Positions 49,466 to 61,000 of a stretch of DNA of 64,000 nucleotides are shown here, one piece after another (positions within the stretch are counted from its first letter, which is position 1; every line of letters begins with the position of its first letter). The notes below the pieces were generated by a model that saw nothing but the letters and a program-made list of their open reading frames with translations, did not search any database and was not told the origin of the DNA. Origin of the DNA: an uncultured Hyphomicrobiales bacterium. GTDB lineage: Bacteria; Bacteroidota; Ignavibacteria; Kapaibacteriales; UBA2268. Made by a program: the position numbers and the translations under genes. The stretch spans positions 7,219 through 71,218 of the forward strand of contig CAYYIP010000007.1 in the NCBI GenBank assembly GCA_964472015.1, given 5' to 3'.

Positions 49466-50917
49466 ATGTCAGTACGAGTTAGATTTGCACCTTCTCCTAC
49501 AGGTTACTTACACATTGGTGGACTTAGAACAGCTTTATATAATTATCTTTTTGCAAAACATCATAATGGGAAATGTATTTTAAGAATAGAAGATACTGAT
49601 AGAACAAGATTTGTAGAAAATGCTCAGGAAAATTTAATATCTTCTTTACGATGGGCAGGTATAGAATTTGATGAAAGTCCTGAAATAGGTGGTGAATATG
49701 GTCCTTATATACAATCTGAACGATTTGATTTATATAAAAAATATGCTTTTCAACTTATAGAAAATGGTTCAGCGTATTATGCTTTTGATACAAGTGACGA
49801 ATTAGATTCTATGCGAGATCGTCAACAAAAAGCAGGTATTGTTCCTAAATATGATAGGACAACTATGCGTAATGAATTTACTCTTGGTAAAGAAGAAACA
49901 AAAAAAATGATAGAAAATGGTGTTTCTTATGTTATACGTCTAAAAGTTCCTATAACCGAAAATATAAAATTTGTCGATATAATTAGGGGAGAAGTTATTG
50001 TAAATGGTCACGATATAGATGACCAAATTTTACTTAAATCAGATGGTTTCCCAACATATCATCTTGCTAATGTTGTCGATGACCATTTAATGGGAATAAC
50101 TCATGTTATTCGCGGAGAAGAATGGTTACCGTCAACTCCTAAACACGTAATACTTTATAAATCATTTGGATGGGATAGTCCTACTTTTGCTCATCTTCCA
50201 CTCTTGTTGAATAAAGATAAAACTAAATTAAGTAAAAGGCAAGGTAGTGTAGCAGTTGAAGATTTTATTGAACAAGGATATTTCAAAGAAGCCTTTGTAA
50301 ATTTTGTAGCATTACTTGGATGGAATCCTACTGCCGATAGAGAAATATTTTCTATGCAAGAATTAATTCAACATTTTAATTTAGAAAAAGTAAATAAAAG
50401 TGGTGCCGTTTTTGATATTAAAAAGTTAGAATGGGTTAATTCTCAATATTTAAAAATATTACCATTGGATTATATGGCTGATATTTTGATACCTGAATTA
50501 AAAAAATATAATTTTAATAATATAGATAAAGATTATGTTATACAAGTTATTAATTTATTAAAAGAACGTATTACTTTCTTAAACCAAATTCCTATTTTTG
50601 GTAATTATATGTTTGAAAAACCAAAAGAATTTGAACAAGATTATTTACAAAAACATTGGAAAGAAAATACTTTTGAAATAATGTTACCGCTTATTAATCT
50701 TTTGAAAAGTATTAAAAATTGGCGACACGATGATATGTATAACGTAACAAAACAGTATGTAGAAGAAAATGAGTTAAAACTTAAAGATGTTATACATCCT
50801 TTAAGATTAATGATAACAGGTAAATCAGTTGGTGCAGGTATGTTTGAAACTATGGAAGTTTTAGGAAAAGAACAGTGTATTGAACGTATTGATTCTTTTA
50901 TAGATACTTATAAATAA
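49466..50917 (+). CDS. gltX: Glutamyl-tRNA synthetase
   Basis: RFAPSPTGYLHIGGLRTAL (HIGH region) and KLSKR (KMSKS variant). Confidence 0.9.
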   Translation: MSVRVRFAPSPTGYLHIGGLRTALYNYLFAKHHNGKCILRIEDTDRTRFVENAQENLISSLRWAGIEFDESPEIGGEYGPYIQSERFDLYKKYAFQLIENGSAYYAFDTSDELDSMRDRQQKAGIVPKYDRTTMRNEFTLGKEETKKMIENGVSYVIRLKVPITENIKFVDIIRGEVIVNGHDIDDQILLKSDGFPTYHLANVVDDHLMGITHVIRGEEWLPSTPKHVILYKSFGWDSPTFAHLPLLLNKDKTKLSKRQGSVAVEDFIEQGYFKEAFVNFVALLGWNPTADREIFSMQELIQHFNLEKVNKSGAVFDIKKLEWVNSQYLKILPLDYMADILIPELKKYNFNNIDKDYVIQVINLLKERITFLNQIPIFGNYMFEKPKEFEQDYLQKHWKENTFEIMLPLINLLKSIKNWRHDDMYNVTKQYVEENELKLKDVIHPLRLMITGKSVGAGMFETMEVLGKEQCIERIDSFIDTYK

Positions 50918-51089
50918 TTATTTATTATATATACTTGAATTAAATAAATTCTTTATAAATCAAAATTATATTATTTATAAATATTATAATAATATATTTA
51001 CATTATTATTGTAATTAGTATTGGGAACTTTAATTAAAGTTATATTATAATTAAAGTAATTTAAATAAAAGCATACAAATTTTAAATTA

Positions 51090-51752
51090 GTGTTTATGAT
51101 TTATAAGCGTGAAATTTTAAATCTTATAGAAAAAGGAGAAAGTAATATTGTAGAATTTAAACGACAAGGAACAACCCCGGAAAAATTATCTAAAGAAATT
51201 TGTGCTTTTTCTAATACCAAAGGTGGATATTTATTTATAGGAGTTGATGACGATAGAAAAATAATAGGTGTAAAAAACGAAAAAGCTGAACTTGATATTA
51301 TTCAACAAGCATGTTATTTTAATATTGTTCCTGTTCCTAAATATGAAGTTTCTATTTTTTCTATAAAAAAAACAATAGATATTATTGTTGTATATATTCC
51401 TCAAAGTTTAAATAAGCCACATAAAATAAAGTTATTTGATACAATAAACAATAAATTTTATTGGCGTGCTTATATTAGGAATAAAGATGAATCGGTTCTT
51501 GCTAGTAGAGAAATGACCAATTTGATGGCTTATATTTCTAAAGATGAACCTATGACGAATATTACTATTGGTAAAACCGAACGAATTCTTTTTGAATATC
51601 TTTCGATAAATAAAAAAATTAATATTCAAGAATTTTCAAAAATTGCAAATATTTCACGAAGACGAGCGGAGCGTATTTTAATTCAATTAGTCAAATTGGG
51701 TTTAATTATGATACATACAGATTTGCAACAAGATTATTTTACTGCTATCTAG
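51090..51752 (+). CDS. AlbA_2 (Schlafen-like) domain protein with a C-terminal HTH; putative transcriptional regulator
   Basis: IVEFKRQGTTPEKLSKEICAFSNTKGGYLFIGVDDDRKIIGV fits AlbA_2. C-terminal NIQEFSKIANISRRRAERILIQLVKLGLI is HTH-like. Confidence 0.6.
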   Translation: MFMIYKREILNLIEKGESNIVEFKRQGTTPEKLSKEICAFSNTKGGYLFIGVDDDRKIIGVKNEKAELDIIQQACYFNIVPVPKYEVSIFSIKKTIDIIVVYIPQSLNKPHKIKLFDTINNKFYWRAYIRNKDESVLASREMTNLMAYISKDEPMTNITIGKTERILFEYLSINKKINIQEFSKIANISRRRAERILIQLVKLGLIMIHTDLQQDYFTAI

Positions 51753-51799
51753 TGTCTTCGTTTTAAGTAAATGTTTATTTAAAAATATTATAAACAAAA

Positions 51800-52930
51800 A
51801 TGTTATATTTTTTAGCACATTGGATTGAATTAGTATTTTCACCTCCTGGGTTTGGAATTTTTCAATATATTACAGTACGAGCTGCCTCAGCTGCTATTAC
51901 TGCTTTAATAATTAGTTTTATTTTTGGACCATTTATAATAAAAAAATTAAAGAACCATCAAATTGGTGAACAAAATAAAATAGAACTCACAGGCGTAGGT
52001 AATCATCATTTAAAATCAGGCACGCCAACTATGGGTGGATTGATAATTTTATTGGCAGTACTTTTGCCTACAATATTATGGGCTAACATGTCAAATTGGT
52101 ATGTATTATTAGTACTTATAACTACTTTATTTCTAGGACTTGTTGGTTTTTTAGATGATTATTTAAAAGTTGTAAAAAAATATCAAAAAGGATTGATAGG
52201 ACGTTATAAGATAGTTGGACAGGTTTTTATTGGTATTGTTTTAGGTGGAGTTATTTATTTTTTCCCCGAGTTATTTGGTAAAAATTTTGAATTATTTAAT
52301 ACTTTAACAACGGTACCATTTTCAAAAAATTTAAATTTTGATTTTGGTTTATTATATATTCCTGTTGTTATTTTTATTCTGACTGCAACATCTAATGCAG
52401 TAAATTTAACAGATGGGCTAGATGGGTTAGCAATAGGAACCGTGGGGATCGTTGCGTTAGCACTTGCTTTAATTTGTTATGTTACCGGGAATGTAGGCTT
52501 TGCTAAATATTTAAATATAGTATACTTAAATGGTGCAGGAGAACTTACTATTTTTGCTGCTGCATTAGTAGGTGCATCTTTAGGATTTTTATGGTATAAT
52601 GCTTATCCCGCACAAGTATTTATGGGTGATACGGGTTCGCTTGCATTAGGAGGTGCTATTGGCGCATTATGCATATTAGTTAAAAAAGAATTTTTATTAC
52701 CTATTTTAGGATGTGTTTTTTTTCTAGAAGCTTTATCAGTTATTATACAGGTAACTTATTTTAAATATACAAAAAAGAAAAATGGCGAAGGACGTAGAAT
52801 TTTTCTTATTGCACCAATTCATCATCATTTTGAAAAAAGAGGTGTGCACGAATCTAAAATTGTTATTAGATATTATATAATTGCAATTATTGTTGCTATT
52901 ATATCACTTGCGACTTTCAAAGTCAGATAA
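51800..52930 (+). CDS. mraY: Phospho-N-acetylmuramoyl-pentapeptide transferase
   Basis: MraY N-terminus (GFGIFQYITVRAASAAITALIISF), GTPTMGG, NAVNLTDGLDGLA and VFMGDTGSLALG motifs. Confidence 0.9.
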   Translation: MLYFLAHWIELVFSPPGFGIFQYITVRAASAAITALIISFIFGPFIIKKLKNHQIGEQNKIELTGVGNHHLKSGTPTMGGLIILLAVLLPTILWANMSNWYVLLVLITTLFLGLVGFLDDYLKVVKKYQKGLIGRYKIVGQVFIGIVLGGVIYFFPELFGKNFELFNTLTTVPFSKNLNFDFGLLYIPVVIFILTATSNAVNLTDGLDGLAIGTVGIVALALALICYVTGNVGFAKYLNIVYLNGAGELTIFAAALVGASLGFLWYNAYPAQVFMGDTGSLALGGAIGALCILVKKEFLLPILGCVFFLEALSVIIQVTYFKYTKKKNGEGRRIFLIAPIHHHFEKRGVHESKIVIRYYIIAIIVAIISLATFKVR

Positions 52931-52951
52931 AGTATGAATTTGATAAAAAAA

Positions 52952-52986
52952 AGAGTAATCAAATTAATTATGATTACTCTTTTTTG
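52952..52986. terminator. Bidirectional rho-independent terminator between the convergent mraY and M24 peptidase genes
   Basis: agagtaatca-(aattaatta)-tgattactct followed by ttttttg, with an A-run on the other side. Confidence 0.7.
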
Positions 52987-53032
52987 TTTTATTTAAGTTA
53001 CATAAAAATATATGTTATGTAAGTTATTATAT

Positions 53033-54220
53033 TTATAGATTTAATATTGGAATAACTTTTTCTTGTTGTTCTCCAGAAACTTCAACATTTCCTTCATCAG
53101 TTACGAATATGTTTATTTCAGTTCTATATCCTAATTTTCTTTCAGGCATATATATCCCCGGTTCTATAGAAAAACAAGTACCTGGAATAATAATTCTTTC
53201 GTCTTTTGTTTCTAGATTATCTATATGACATCCATTCCCGTGTACTTCTTCACCTATATTATGTCCTGTTCTATGAATAAAATATTCTCCATAACCTGCA
53301 TTTGTTAGTACATTACGGCATGCGTCATCTACTTCCCATCCATAAACCGGCTGTTTTTTTGCATAACGTTCTTTTACAAGTTCTAATGCAGCATTACGTC
53401 CAGCACGTGCTATTTGGAATATATCTTCTATTTCTTTTGGTACATTTTCACCTATGTATCCCATCCAAGTAATATCATAATATATTGCCCCAGGCTTATT
53501 TTTTTTAGCCCATAAGTCTATAAGTACTAAATCGCCATTTTTCATTTTTGTAGCATTTTCTTTTGTAGGCTCAAAATGAGGGTCAGCGGCATGTTCATTT
53601 ACTGCTACAATAGGTCCATCTTCACATACCATATTATGTTGCTTGTATAATTCTAACATAAATTCATAAATTTCATACTCGGTTGGTGGATCATTTGCTT
53701 TCATTCGTCTTGCAATTTCTTTGAAAGCAGAATCTTTTATGAATTGCATACTTTTACCTGCTTCGCAATGACTGTTATAATCTTCCATAGTAAGATGAGA
53801 TTCAAACATACTAACTAAATTAGCACTTGAAACTATTTCAACTCCAAAACTACGAATTAAATCTATTGTACCTCCATCTACAATAGATACATATGGTATT
53901 GCATTATTAGGGGAGTATTGCATAGCTATTTTTTTTGCACCATTTAGGATGTTTTTCAAAAGATTATGCTGCTGTTGCCAAGGCAAGTAAATATTTTTTT
54001 TGCCCGGTAAATGGTCGCAACGCCATGATTCTATACTATGAACTAATTTCTCAGGTTCACCTTTAGCTGGAATATAATAAAACCATCTGCGAGACGCAAA
54101 ACGTGATGTATTCATATTTAATATTCTTGCTGCTATTGCATCTCTATTATGAAAATCATAAAATAACCAACCATCTATTCCTATTTTTTGTAATTCTTTT
54201 TGAATTGCTTGTAAATTCAT
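53033..54220 (-). CDS. M24-family metallopeptidase (Xaa-Pro aminopeptidase / prolidase-like)
   Basis: Pita-bread fold metal-ligand blocks (DLVLIDLWA, HRTGHNIGEEVHGNG, and the E residues in FSIEPGIY..E). Confidence 0.8.
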   Translation of the reverse strand: MNLQAIQKELQKIGIDGWLFYDFHNRDAIAARILNMNTSRFASRRWFYYIPAKGEPEKLVHSIESWRCDHLPGKKNIYLPWQQQHNLLKNILNGAKKIAMQYSPNNAIPYVSIVDGGTIDLIRSFGVEIVSSANLVSMFESHLTMEDYNSHCEAGKSMQFIKDSAFKEIARRMKANDPPTEYEIYEFMLELYKQHNMVCEDGPIVAVNEHAADPHFEPTKENATKMKNGDLVLIDLWAKKNKPGAIYYDITWMGYIGENVPKEIEDIFQIARAGRNAALELVKERYAKKQPVYGWEVDDACRNVLTNAGYGEYFIHRTGHNIGEEVHGNGCHIDNLETKDERIIIPGTCFSIEPGIYMPERKLGYRTEINIFVTDEGNVEVSGEQQEKVIPILNL

Positions 54221-54618
54221 ATTTATCCTCTTATTTGTATTTTATATTAATTTATTTATTTGACTTAGTTATTTATATTAATAGTATTTATAAAATTAAT
54301 AATATTTTATAAAATTATTAAAACAAATCAAATAAAAATACACAAAAAAAATGATATAAACAAAAAGATATAAATAAAAATATATAAACAAATACTGTAA
54401 GTTATGTATATTTTATTTTTTTTTATATATATTTTTTGTATTATTGTAGTTTATAAAATTTACAATATTTTATATTTTTCTATAATACAAGTAACAAAAA
54501 ACTAAAAATAAGATATTTAAACTAAACGATTTTTTATTTTTATTTTAGAGGTTTTTATATTTATAATAATTTTTTATATAGTTATATAGTTTAATTATTT
54601 ATATAAATTTTAAATTTA

Positions 54619-55815
54619 ATGGAATCAATAAAAAATATATATAAAATTGGATATGGGCCTTCTAGTAGTCATACTATGGGTCCGACTAAAGCAGCTGAAA
54701 TTTTTAAATCAAAAAATCCTACTGCTAATTCTTTTAGGATAACTCTTTATGGTAGCTTAGCAGCAACAGGGAAAGGACATTTAACAGATATTGCTATAAA
54801 ATCTACATTAGGACCTAAAAAATGTGAATTTATTTGGAAGCCAAACGAAGTATTACCTGCCCATACAAATGGAATGAAATTTGAGGCTATTGATGCTATG
54901 GGAATAGTCAAATCAAATTGGATAGTTTATAGTATTGGAGGAGGCGAAATAATGAGTGATGAATTATTGCCAGATAAAAAGTATATTTATACTATGTATA
55001 AACTGAGTGATATAATGGAATGGAGTAATAAAACAGGTAAAAGTTTTTGGGAATATGTACTTGAAACAGAGGAAAGTGATATATTTGATTATTTGAACGA
55101 AGTTTGGAAAACAATGTGTCGTACTATAATAAATGGACTTGAAGCAGAAGGAGTTATTCCTGGTGGTTTAGGATTACAACGTAAAGCAAATTCATATTAT
55201 ATAAAAGGAGGTGGATATAAAGAATCATTAAAAAGTCGTGCTTTATTATTTGCATATGCTCTTGCAACAGCAGAAGAAAATGCTTGTGGTGGAATAGTGG
55301 TTACAGCACCAACTTGTGGCTCCGCAGGTGTACTACCTGCAGTTTTATATTATATTTATGAAAAACATAATTTTTCTGATAAAAGTATATTACGAGCCTT
55401 AGCAACTGCGGGATTATTTGGGAATATTATAAAGAAAAATGCTTCTATTTCAGGTGCAGTAGTAGGATGTCAAGGTGAAATAGGTAGCGCTTGTGCAATG
55501 GCATCAGCTGCAGCTAACCAACTATTTGGAGGGAGTATTGCTCAAATAGAATATGCAGCAGAAATGGGATTAGAACATCATCTGGGATTAACTTGTGATC
55601 CAGTTTGTGGACTTGTACAAATCCCTTGTATTGAGAGATGTTCTTTTGCAGCTGCACGTGCTTTTAATTGTAATATGTATTCTATGCTTTCTGATGGTAT
55701 ACATAGAGTACATTTTGATAAAGTTGTAGAAGTTATGAAGCAAACCGGGAAAGATCTTCCAAGTTTATATAAAGAAACATCACAAGGTGGTTTAGCTGCA
55801 AAAGTTATTGTATAA
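54619..55815 (+). CDS. sdaA: L-serine ammonia-lyase (iron-sulfur dependent L-serine dehydratase)
   Basis: N-terminal GYGPSSSHTMGP block, internal CGG..TAPTCGSAG cysteine block and GEIGSACAMA. Confidence 0.75.
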   Translation: MESIKNIYKIGYGPSSSHTMGPTKAAEIFKSKNPTANSFRITLYGSLAATGKGHLTDIAIKSTLGPKKCEFIWKPNEVLPAHTNGMKFEAIDAMGIVKSNWIVYSIGGGEIMSDELLPDKKYIYTMYKLSDIMEWSNKTGKSFWEYVLETEESDIFDYLNEVWKTMCRTIINGLEAEGVIPGGLGLQRKANSYYIKGGGYKESLKSRALLFAYALATAEENACGGIVVTAPTCGSAGVLPAVLYYIYEKHNFSDKSILRALATAGLFGNIIKKNASISGAVVGCQGEIGSACAMASAAANQLFGGSIAQIEYAAEMGLEHHLGLTCDPVCGLVQIPCIERCSFAAARAFNCNMYSMLSDGIHRVHFDKVVEVMKQTGKDLPSLYKETSQGGLAAKVIV

Positions 55816-55919
55816 TATTAAAGTTTATAACTATAAACATTAAATTATAAGAATTAATTAAAATATTAAAATTTTAAATTAGAAGATTTTAAAAATAAAA
55901 ATATAATAAATACTATATT

Positions 55920-56912
55920 ATGATGAATATGAATTTAAATAGGGTAAATAATATATTTAGTAACATAAAAGGTCAAAAAGTAGCAGTTGTGGGCGATGTT
56001 ATGTTAGATAGATACTTTTGGGGGAATGTTTCTAGAGTATCGCCAGAAGCTCCCGTTCCAGTTGTTGATATTGAAAGTGAAACTTTTCATCTCGGTGGCG
56101 CTGCTAATGTTGCAAAAAACTTGTGTTCATTAAAAATAACACCTATTTTATGTGGATTACTTGGGAACGATGAGCCTGCTGAAATTTTTATTAATCAATG
56201 TAATAAATGTGGTATACTTGCTGATGGACTTTTTGTAGAGAACGAGAGAGTTACGACTGTAAAAACTCGTGTTATTGGTAATAATCAACAAATAGTTAGA
56301 CTGGATAGAGAAGTTAGATGTATAATATCAAAAGAAGGTGAAAACTTTATTTTGAATAAAGTAAAAAGTATTGAAGGCCTAGCAGGAATTATTTTTGAAG
56401 ATTATGATAAAGGGACTATTAGTGATACACTAATTAAAAATATTACTAATTTTGCTAATAAAAATAATATACCAGTTTTTGTTGATCCTAAGTTTGATAA
56501 TTTTAATAAGTATAAAAATGTTACTTTATTTAAACCTAATAAAAAGGAAACAATGCAGGGGTTAGGAATTCAATTAAATTCTTATGAAGATATAAAGTAT
56601 GCGGGGAATAAATTATTAGAAAAACTGAAAGCTGAATATATATTAATTACTTTAGGTTCGGCGGGAATGGTACTTTTTGAAAAAAATGGTGATATTACTA
56701 AGATACCTACTGTTGCAAAAAAAATTGCTGATGTTTCAGGGGCCGGTGATACTGCTATTGCTACTTTTGCAACAATGTTAATATCAGGTGCAACTTGTAA
56801 AGAAGCAGCTATATTAGCAAATTTTGCTTCGGGATATGTTTGTGAAAAACCGGGTATTGTTGCTATAAATCAAGAACAACTATTGAAAGCAGCATCTATA
56901 ATGAAGATATAA
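55920..56912 (+). CDS. D-glycero-beta-D-manno-heptose-7-phosphate kinase (RfaE domain I; PfkB-family sugar kinase)
   Basis: VAVVGDVMLDRY, HLGGAANVA and C-terminal GAGDT.. blocks; 330 aa, kinase domain only. Confidence 0.7.
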   Translation: MMNMNLNRVNNIFSNIKGQKVAVVGDVMLDRYFWGNVSRVSPEAPVPVVDIESETFHLGGAANVAKNLCSLKITPILCGLLGNDEPAEIFINQCNKCGILADGLFVENERVTTVKTRVIGNNQQIVRLDREVRCIISKEGENFILNKVKSIEGLAGIIFEDYDKGTISDTLIKNITNFANKNNIPVFVDPKFDNFNKYKNVTLFKPNKKETMQGLGIQLNSYEDIKYAGNKLLEKLKAEYILITLGSAGMVLFEKNGDITKIPTVAKKIADVSGAGDTAIATFATMLISGATCKEAAILANFASGYVCEKPGIVAINQEQLLKAASIMKI

Positions 56913-57021
56913 TTTTTTTATAATTTTTATTTTTTTTTTATAAAAATTTGGAATTAATGAAAAAAGGTCGTAAATTTGTGTTTATTAATTATTTATATTA
57001 ATATAATATAAACTTGAAAAT

Positions 57022-57093
57022 GGTCCTATAGACTAACGGTTAGGTCACCAGCCTTTCACGCTGGCAGTAGGGGTTCAAATCCCCTTAGGATCA
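57022..57093 (+). tRNA. tRNA-Glu, anticodon TTC
   Basis: ggtccta-ta-gact-aacggtta-ggtc-a-ccagc-cTTTCac-gctgg-cagt-agggg-ttcaaat-cccct-taggatc-a; 72 nt; resembles E. coli tRNA-Glu. Confidence 0.8.
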
Positions 57094-58089
57094 CAAAAAT
57101 ATTAAAAAATGCTTCCAATACTCTTTTTATTTTCATATCTAAAAGGTAAATCACTTTAATTTCTCAATAATATAAATATAATAAGTATATAAAATAATAT
57201 AGTATATAAATATATATATATCAAAATATAAATATGTTCTTTTGAAGTATTATATTTTATTATTAATTTTTTTTATTATTATTTTTCATTATTTTAAATT
57301 AAAATAATGTTGTTATAAACTCATATTTATATGATTTTTTATTATGATTTATTATAGTATTAATTAATTATATTATTGTTATTAGAAATGTCAGTATGTA
57401 GTTAAATAAGTTATTAATAAAGTAAATTTTTGACTACAAATTTAATAATTATATATGAATAAAGTAATAATAAATAAAAATTAACAAAAGTTGGTTTTTT
57501 GTTGTCTTTATTATATTGCGTTTATTATATTTAAATTGTATTAAGGTATATTAAAATTATAGTAATACTGTAAAATTATTCATTGTTTTATTTTTTTGGC
57601 AAATTTTTTGATAGTAATAATAACTTGTATAGAAATAATAATAACTTGAATTATATTAATTTGTAATGCAATATTTATGATAAATTAAATTAAGTTTTGT
57701 TAATTATATCTTTATATCATAAAAAAATATAATCTAAGTATGTATGTTATCAAAATATAATATTAAAATAGTAACAAAAGATACACATATTTTTTATTAT
57801 AGTATATCAAATTATAAATATTACTTATTTTTACATTCTTTTTACAAAAATTTATTTTGTAATATCAAAAAAAATGTATATTTTGCAATTTAAATTTATA
57901 TATTTATAATTTATTATTTTTTATTTTTTATTTTGTAGTAGCAAATACTCTATTATAGTATGGAGTTTTTTATTTAAATAAAAAAATAAAAAAAGTAAAT
58001 TATTATATATAATTTTAAGTTTAATATAAAATGTTAAGTTATTGAAAAGTAAATTAAAATTTTTAAATAAAATAAATTATAGGTTTTTT

Positions 58090-61000
58090 ATGAATACTCA
58101 ATTAAAAACACCAAAGTTCTTTAAACTATTGTATTTTGTATGTTTAGTAATATTTGGTTTTTTAGGGAAGCCATTATTAGCGCAAAATGACAATGGTATA
58201 ATGGACCCTAATTATCAAATAACTGTAAGTAATGAAACTTATACAGAGCTTACTTCATATACACAATTGTATGGTACAGCAGATGATGGATATAGTAGAA
58301 TATATGTTCCATTTGCATTTAAATGGGATACAACAGTTTATCCAGCAAACTTTCTTTTAGCTGTTTCGCCTAATGGATGGGTTGGGTTTCCAGGTTATTA
58401 TTTTTATGATAGTTATGAATCTGGTTCTATTTCTAGTAATAATCCATTAACATATTCAAGTACTCCAACAACTGGGTTTGTTAAAACTATACACTTTTTA
58501 ACAGGTGATAATTATGTTAGAACCAGTTTAAGATATGCTACTTTAGGGTCAGCCCCTAATCGCAGATTTGTTGTTCAATGGCAAGGTTTTTCTCCAATAT
58601 CTTATTCTAGTAATCTCTCTAATTTTCAACTAATTTTATATGAGAATGGTGGTGCAGATGCAGGGAAAATGAGAATGCATTGGGGGACTTGTAATCCTTA
58701 TACTCAAAATAATTCTAATGTTTGTTGTTTAATTGGTGGTAGAATGGAGAGATATATTAACATACAACCTCAAGCTTCAGGGTTAACATTCTATAAAGGT
58801 AATTCAACAAATACTTATGTTACTAATGCTACAATTGGATATTTATTTTCAAATGGAAAATGTATAGATTATGAATTGGATTTGTTACCAACGTTGGTTG
58901 CAGTTTATCCTACTAATGGTAGTACTTTTATTGGTAATACAGTAATGGATCCTTCACAACGACCGGGTGTAACTGTAAAAAGAAGCAATGCGTCGATACC
59001 TAAGCCAATAATGAAATATGAGATATTTAATGCAGATGGTGATATTGTTTATACAACGAATAATATTGCTATTGATGTAGTAGGTACACAACGTTATAAT
59101 ATTACATCAGCAACTGGTTCAAGAGCTAATTCTGATGGTACTTTTAACTTAACAGGCGCTCCGGGTGGATGGTATACTGTTAGAGTAACATTTGATAATA
59201 CAGAAACAGTAGAAACAAGGACTTCATCATTTTTTGTAGATAATAAATGTGCAACGTATATAAGAAGTTATCCGGCTCCAGGAACACTACTAACAAGTGG
59301 AGTTGCAGTGCCAGTAGAGGAGAGACCTTCGGTAGTTATTACAAAAGAATGGCCAGTACCAATAGCACCAAATCCATTAGTAAAATATAAAATTCTTAAT
59401 GATAGAGGTGAAGCAGTATATACTGCTTTATCAAATTCAGGGTTGTCAGAATTTGAAGTAAATGTTTTTGGTGTAAATCAAAGATATTATTTTTCTAATG
59501 CTGTGGGTCCATTCGCTGGTATAAGTGGTAATTTGGATTTAACAAATGCACCTCCGGGTACTTATACAATAGTAGTGGAATTTGATGACAAAGTAAATCC
59601 AAAAGTAGAGATTCCAACAACACAGTTTTATATAATTAGAACTTATGATCTTATTTTGAAAGATATTATAGTTCCAAGAGGCTGGTTATCTACTGATACT
59701 ATATCAGCAGATAAATATAGATATTCATATGGAGCACAATTCCCTGTAGAATTTGAAGTATATAATGGTGGTGGTGTTCAAATAGATTCTTTTAAAGTAG
59801 ATGTAGATATTTATAATTCAAGTAATACATTAGTAACTGAATTTACTAATGCATTTTCTTTAAGAAATAATCCATTATTAAAAACAGAATCACGTATTTA
59901 TACAACTGCAACTCAAATAAATTCTAGTACATTAGGAGTTGGTTTATATAAAATAGTATGTACAGTTACACCTTTGGTACCGTCACAAGATGAAGATTTA
60001 GCTAATAATGTGTTCCCACGTGCTAATAGTACTAGATATTTTGAAATAGCTCAGCCTATAGATGTTGCTATAAATAAAACTATGGCAGTGCCTGGTAGTA
60101 ATACATACAGATATCCATTCTATCCGACTATAGAAATAACAAATCTAGGAACTGAAGATTTAAGTGGTTCTATGGCAAATATAGAAATAAAGCATAATGG
60201 TAAAGTGGTTTACACTGGGGTGGTAATGTTACAAAATATTACTTTCAATACTCCATCAAAAATAAAATTCCCAGAAATCTTTATGCCTGAAGAAATTGGT
60301 AAATATGAAGTAACGTTAACATTAGATTTACACGGTTTACCAAAAGTTGAAACATTTGTTTTTGTAGTTGGCGATGGTCTTAAAGGTACTTATACAATAG
60401 GAGCAGCAGGTACATATAAAACATTTAATGAAGCTGTTGAAATGTTGTATTTAAGAGGTGTAGGTGGCAATGTTGTATTTGAATTATTAGATGAAGAATA
60501 TGTATTAGGACATAATTCTGCATTACCAGAATTCCGTTCAAAAATAGTAGGTGTTGGCCCTAATGCTACCATTACATTTAGGCCAAGTCAACTTAGAATG
60601 CTATCTTTTACTCCAATAAGAATGGTGTTAGAATCAACAGATGGTTATGGTATTAGATTTGGTCAAGCATTAGAAACAGGTGATTATAAGGTACCAGCAG
60701 TTAACATTATTACAGATTTAGATCTAAGACGTGAATTTGCTACCTCAGAAGGTTATATTACTTTTGATGGCGGTCCAAGAAAAAATATAAAATTTGTTAT
60801 GTATCAACCTGATAATATAAAATTTAGCGCTCCTATTTATATGGGTGAGGGATCAAAAAATATTACAATAACAAATTGTCGTATAACTGGTAATAATTAT
60901 AATAGTAGTGAATTACCAACAGTACAATATACAAATGAAGCTTTAGGATTTGAATTTGATAATGATATTTTTGTTAATAAATTTGATTTTTATGATACAT

